Below, piece by piece: positions 61,752-64,000 of a stretch of 64,000 bases of DNA (position 1 is its first letter; each line of letters starts with the position of its first letter). Position numbers and translations under genes: made by a program. The stretch is from Gemmatimonadales bacterium (GTDB lineage Bacteria; Gemmatimonadota; Gemmatimonadetes; Gemmatimonadales; GWC2-71-9), in the NCBI GenBank assembly GCA_036004545.1, contig DASYRI010000111.1, forward strand, positions 16,033 to 80,032, in the 5' to 3' direction. Below the pieces are notes generated by a model. It ran no database searches, was not told where the DNA came from, and saw nothing but the letters and a program-made list of their open reading frames with translations.

Positions 61752-62824
61752 GCGAGCACCTCCCCGAGCTCGGCGAGCAGCGCCTCGAGATGCGCGGGGC
61801 CGAGATCGCCCATGTGGCCGATGCGGACGAGCGGATCGTGCCGCGGGTCGAGGCCTCCACCCACCAGGTAGCCCCGCTCCTCCAGCGCCTGGATCACGAG
61901 GACGGCGCTGGTGTGCGGGGGGAGCCGGATCGCCGAGACGGCGGGTGAGCGGGCCCCGGGCGCCGCCATGAGGCGCAGGTCGTTTCGCGTCCCGATCCAG
62001 GCTTCCATCGTGGCCAGCATCCGCCGGTGCCGCTCCCAGCGCGCTGGCCAGCCGCCGTCCCGCGCGACCCGGGCGAGCTGGCAGTCGAGGGCCAGGATCA
62101 GCGACATCGCCGGCGTCCAGGTGGGAAGGCTTTCGCGCGCGATGCGGACCATCCGTCGCACCGACTGGTAGTAGCCGGCATCGTCCTGCTGCGCTGCGCG
62201 CTCCTGGAAGCGCGGGCTCGCCGCGCCCAGGGCGAGGCCGGGCGGCAGTGCCATCGCCTTCTGGGAGCCGGTGCAGTAGAAGTCCACGCCCCACCGGTCC
62301 ATTTCGATCGGCATCGCGCCGACCGAGGTTACCCCATCCACCAGGAAGAGCACGTCCGTCCGCGCGCGCACCACGCGCGCCAGCGCGGGGATGTCGGCGA
62401 GCGCGCCGGTCGACGACTCCGAGTGCACCACCGCGACCGCGTCCACCGCGGGGCCCTCGAGGAACTGCTCCAGCTGGTCCGGCGTGATCGCGCAACCGGG
62501 GTGGACCTCGACTCGAAGTGCCTGCTTGCCGCACGCCTCCGCCACCCGGGCGAAGTATTCGCCGAAGTAGCCGCCCACGCCCACCAGGATCCGGTGGCGG
62601 ACCCCGTTCCGCACCGCCGCTTCGATGAGCCCGGTGGCGGACGAGGTGGCGAGGAAGACCGGCTCGCGGGTTCCGAAGCACTCCTGCAGCGAGGGCTGCA
62701 TCGCGGCGAGCATCGTGCGCATCCGCGGGCTGCGGTGCCCGAACATCGGCTGCCCGAGCGCGGCGAGCACCTCGGGGTGCACGTCGGTGGGCCCGGGGAG
62801 AAAGTTCCGGCCGAAGGCCGTCAC
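61748..62824 (-). CDS. class-V aminotransferase (serine-pyruvate / alanine-glyoxylate type)
   Basis: FLPGPTDVHPEVL, VHSESSTG and TGSQKAMALPPG (PLP lysine). The GTG start overlaps the upstream stop (GTGA). Confidence 0.85.
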   Translation of the reverse strand: MTAFGRNFLPGPTDVHPEVLAALGQPMFGHRSPRMRTMLAAMQPSLQECFGTREPVFLATSSATGLIEAAVRNGVRHRILVGVGGYFGEYFARVAEACGKQALRVEVHPGCAITPDQLEQFLEGPAVDAVAVVHSESSTGALADIPALARVVRARTDVLFLVDGVTSVGAMPIEMDRWGVDFYCTGSQKAMALPPGLALGAASPRFQERAAQQDDAGYYQSVRRMVRIARESLPTWTPAMSLILALDCQLARVARDGGWPARWERHRRMLATMEAWIGTRNDLRLMAAPGARSPAVSAIRLPPHTSAVLVIQALEERGYLVGGGLDPRHDPLVRIGHMGDLGPAHLEALLAELGEVLA

Positions 62825-63450
62825 GAGGCCAGGACCTCCTCGCTTGCGGCGAGCCGCACGCCCCGGCCCCGCCAGTCTTCCAGCAGGGCCGGCGCCTGGT
62901 CCGCGTGGATGGCGCGGGTCGCGTCGGTCACCAGGGTGAGCGGAATGCCGGGCCGGTGCCGGAGCAGCCCCTCGATGGCGTAACGGTCGCAGACGTCGAG
63001 CGCCACCCCATAGAGGATGACCTCCTCCGGAGCCACGGCGTCCACCGCCGGGAGCACGTTCCGGTTGGTGAACACGTCGAACCAGTGCTTGTGGAAGAGG
63101 ATGTCGCCGTCGTGCCGGCGCACCCGCGCCGCGAGCGCCGCCGGATCCTGGGGCTCCGGCTCGATCACGAGCGGGTTCCGGAGGGCGGTCTCGGGGATCT
63201 TTCGCTGGCCCGGGGTGCCCCGCATGCAGTGGTCCGGAAAAGTCTCCTTCCAGTCCGGCGCGGTGGAGAGCTCGCGGTGGCCGGGGACGTGGTCGTCGGC
63301 GCTCGCGATGATCCGGATGCCGCGGTCGTGGGCGTGACGAGTAAGCCGTGCGAGCACCGGGATGATCTCCTCGCTGCCCGGGACGTACAACTTTCCGGAG
63401 CTCCGCATGAAATCAACCTGGGTGTCGACGTCCCAGAAGATCGTGGCCAT
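62821..63450 (-). CDS. isochorismatase-family cysteine hydrolase (nicotinamidase-like)
   Basis: WDVDTQVDF, FHKHWFDVF and GVALDVCDRYAI motifs. It is adjacent to the NAPRTase gene. Confidence 0.75.
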   Translation of the reverse strand: MATIFWDVDTQVDFMRSSGKLYVPGSEEIIPVLARLTRHAHDRGIRIIASADDHVPGHRELSTAPDWKETFPDHCMRGTPGQRKIPETALRNPLVIEPEPQDPAALAARVRRHDGDILFHKHWFDVFTNRNVLPAVDAVAPEEVILYGVALDVCDRYAIEGLLRHRPGIPLTLVTDATRAIHADQAPALLEDWRGRGVRLAASEEVLAS

Positions 63451-63468
63451 CGGAGATCCTCACGCTGT

Positions 63469-64000
63469 TCAAACCACCCGCTCCAGCCGCGGGTTGGGCC
63501 GGTACTCCCTCCCCACCTTGGCGCTCGGCTTGACCACATCCGCGGTGAAATCGAACCGGCCCTGGAAGAGCGAGCTCCCCACGCCGTACGCGTCCACCGG
63601 CACTCGCTGGCGCTCGAACTCCCGGATCTTCTCGACGGTGAAGCCCCCGGAGACGATGATCTTGACCGCCTGAAAGCCGTGCGCGTCGAGGGCTTCGCGG
63701 ACGTTGTGGACCAGCTGGGGGCAGACTCCGGTGGGGCGGAAGCGGCCCATTTGCGGGACGACCGACTTGTCCACCAGCATCTCGCTCGTGTCGATGCGCA
63801 CGCCGTAGAGCCGCTCGCCCAGTGCCCTGGCCACCTCGAGCGAGGTGCGCACGCAGTCGTTCTCGAAATCCACCAGGGTCACCAGCCGCACGTTGGGCTC
63901 CATGTGCTCGGCGAACTTGGCGGTGGCGAGCGCCGTGTCCCCGCCGTAGGCGGCAATCAGCGCGTGCGGCACGGTGCCGATGCCCTCGCTCCCCCACCAG
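63469..64000 (-). CDS. pncB: nicotinate phosphoribosyltransferase, C-terminal part (gene continues beyond the right edge)
   Basis: GTVPHALIAAYGG...GVRIDTS...IIVSGG pattern. The frame is open to the window end. Confidence 0.8.
   Translation of the reverse strand, partial: WWGSEGIGTVPHALIAAYGGDTALATAKFAEHMEPNVRLVTLVDFENDCVRTSLEVARALGERLYGVRIDTSEMLVDKSVVPQMGRFRPTGVCPQLVHNVREALDAHGFQAVKIIVSGGFTVEKIREFERQRVPVDAYGVGSSLFQGRFDFTADVVKPSAKVGREYRPNPRLERVV

Overview
This is a very GC-rich bacterial chromosomal segment. My own counts of single 60-nt lines gave about 73% GC in ordinary genes. I call about 55 genes, densely packed and often translationally coupled through ATGA/GTGA start-stop overlaps. Content is mostly signalling, envelope and periplasmic-hydrolase functions:
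- leuS, two ECF sigma/anti-sigma modules, three Hanks-type Ser/Thr kinases, a PAS-GGDEF-EAL protein, a minimal MCP, TonB and a rhomboid protease.
- A penicillin-acylase-family Ntn hydrolase, a D-aminoacylase, two S58 (DmpA-like) peptidases, and M14-like and M20 amidohydrolases.
- Two GMC-oxidoreductase/small-subunit pairs, SelO, proline dehydrogenase, and a nicotinamidase-like gene next to a nicotinate phosphoribosyltransferase.

The kinase-TPR paralogs and overall content resemble Gemmatimonadota- or Acidobacteriota-type soil bacteria; that is inference only. I recognise no rRNA, intact tRNA, CRISPR array, transposase or integrase.

The signals the gene list does not explain are:
1. A dispersed family of mosaic 7-8-nt tandem-repeat blocks at 11 loci. 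Many form inverted arms at gene ends. Two sit in frame inside conserved enzymes (SelO and a TPP enzyme), and several supply stop codons or C-terminal tails.
2. A lower-GC cassette of about 2.2 kb (44.2-46.5 kb) with three orphan secreted proteins. It lies between a 5'-truncated DUF2167-like gene and an orphan 3' fragment of tRNA-Gly(CCC).
3. A two-domain ceruloplasmin-like multicopper oxidase downstream of an ECF sigma / anti-sigma / His-rich LTXXQ triad.
4. A sensor-HAMP-Ser/Thr kinase downstream of a cupredoxin gene.
5. An MCP with a poly-Gly insertion, encoded partly by a G10 run, in the conserved hairpin tip.

All functional calls rest on motif recognition by eye in the supplied translations. 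No database search was run.
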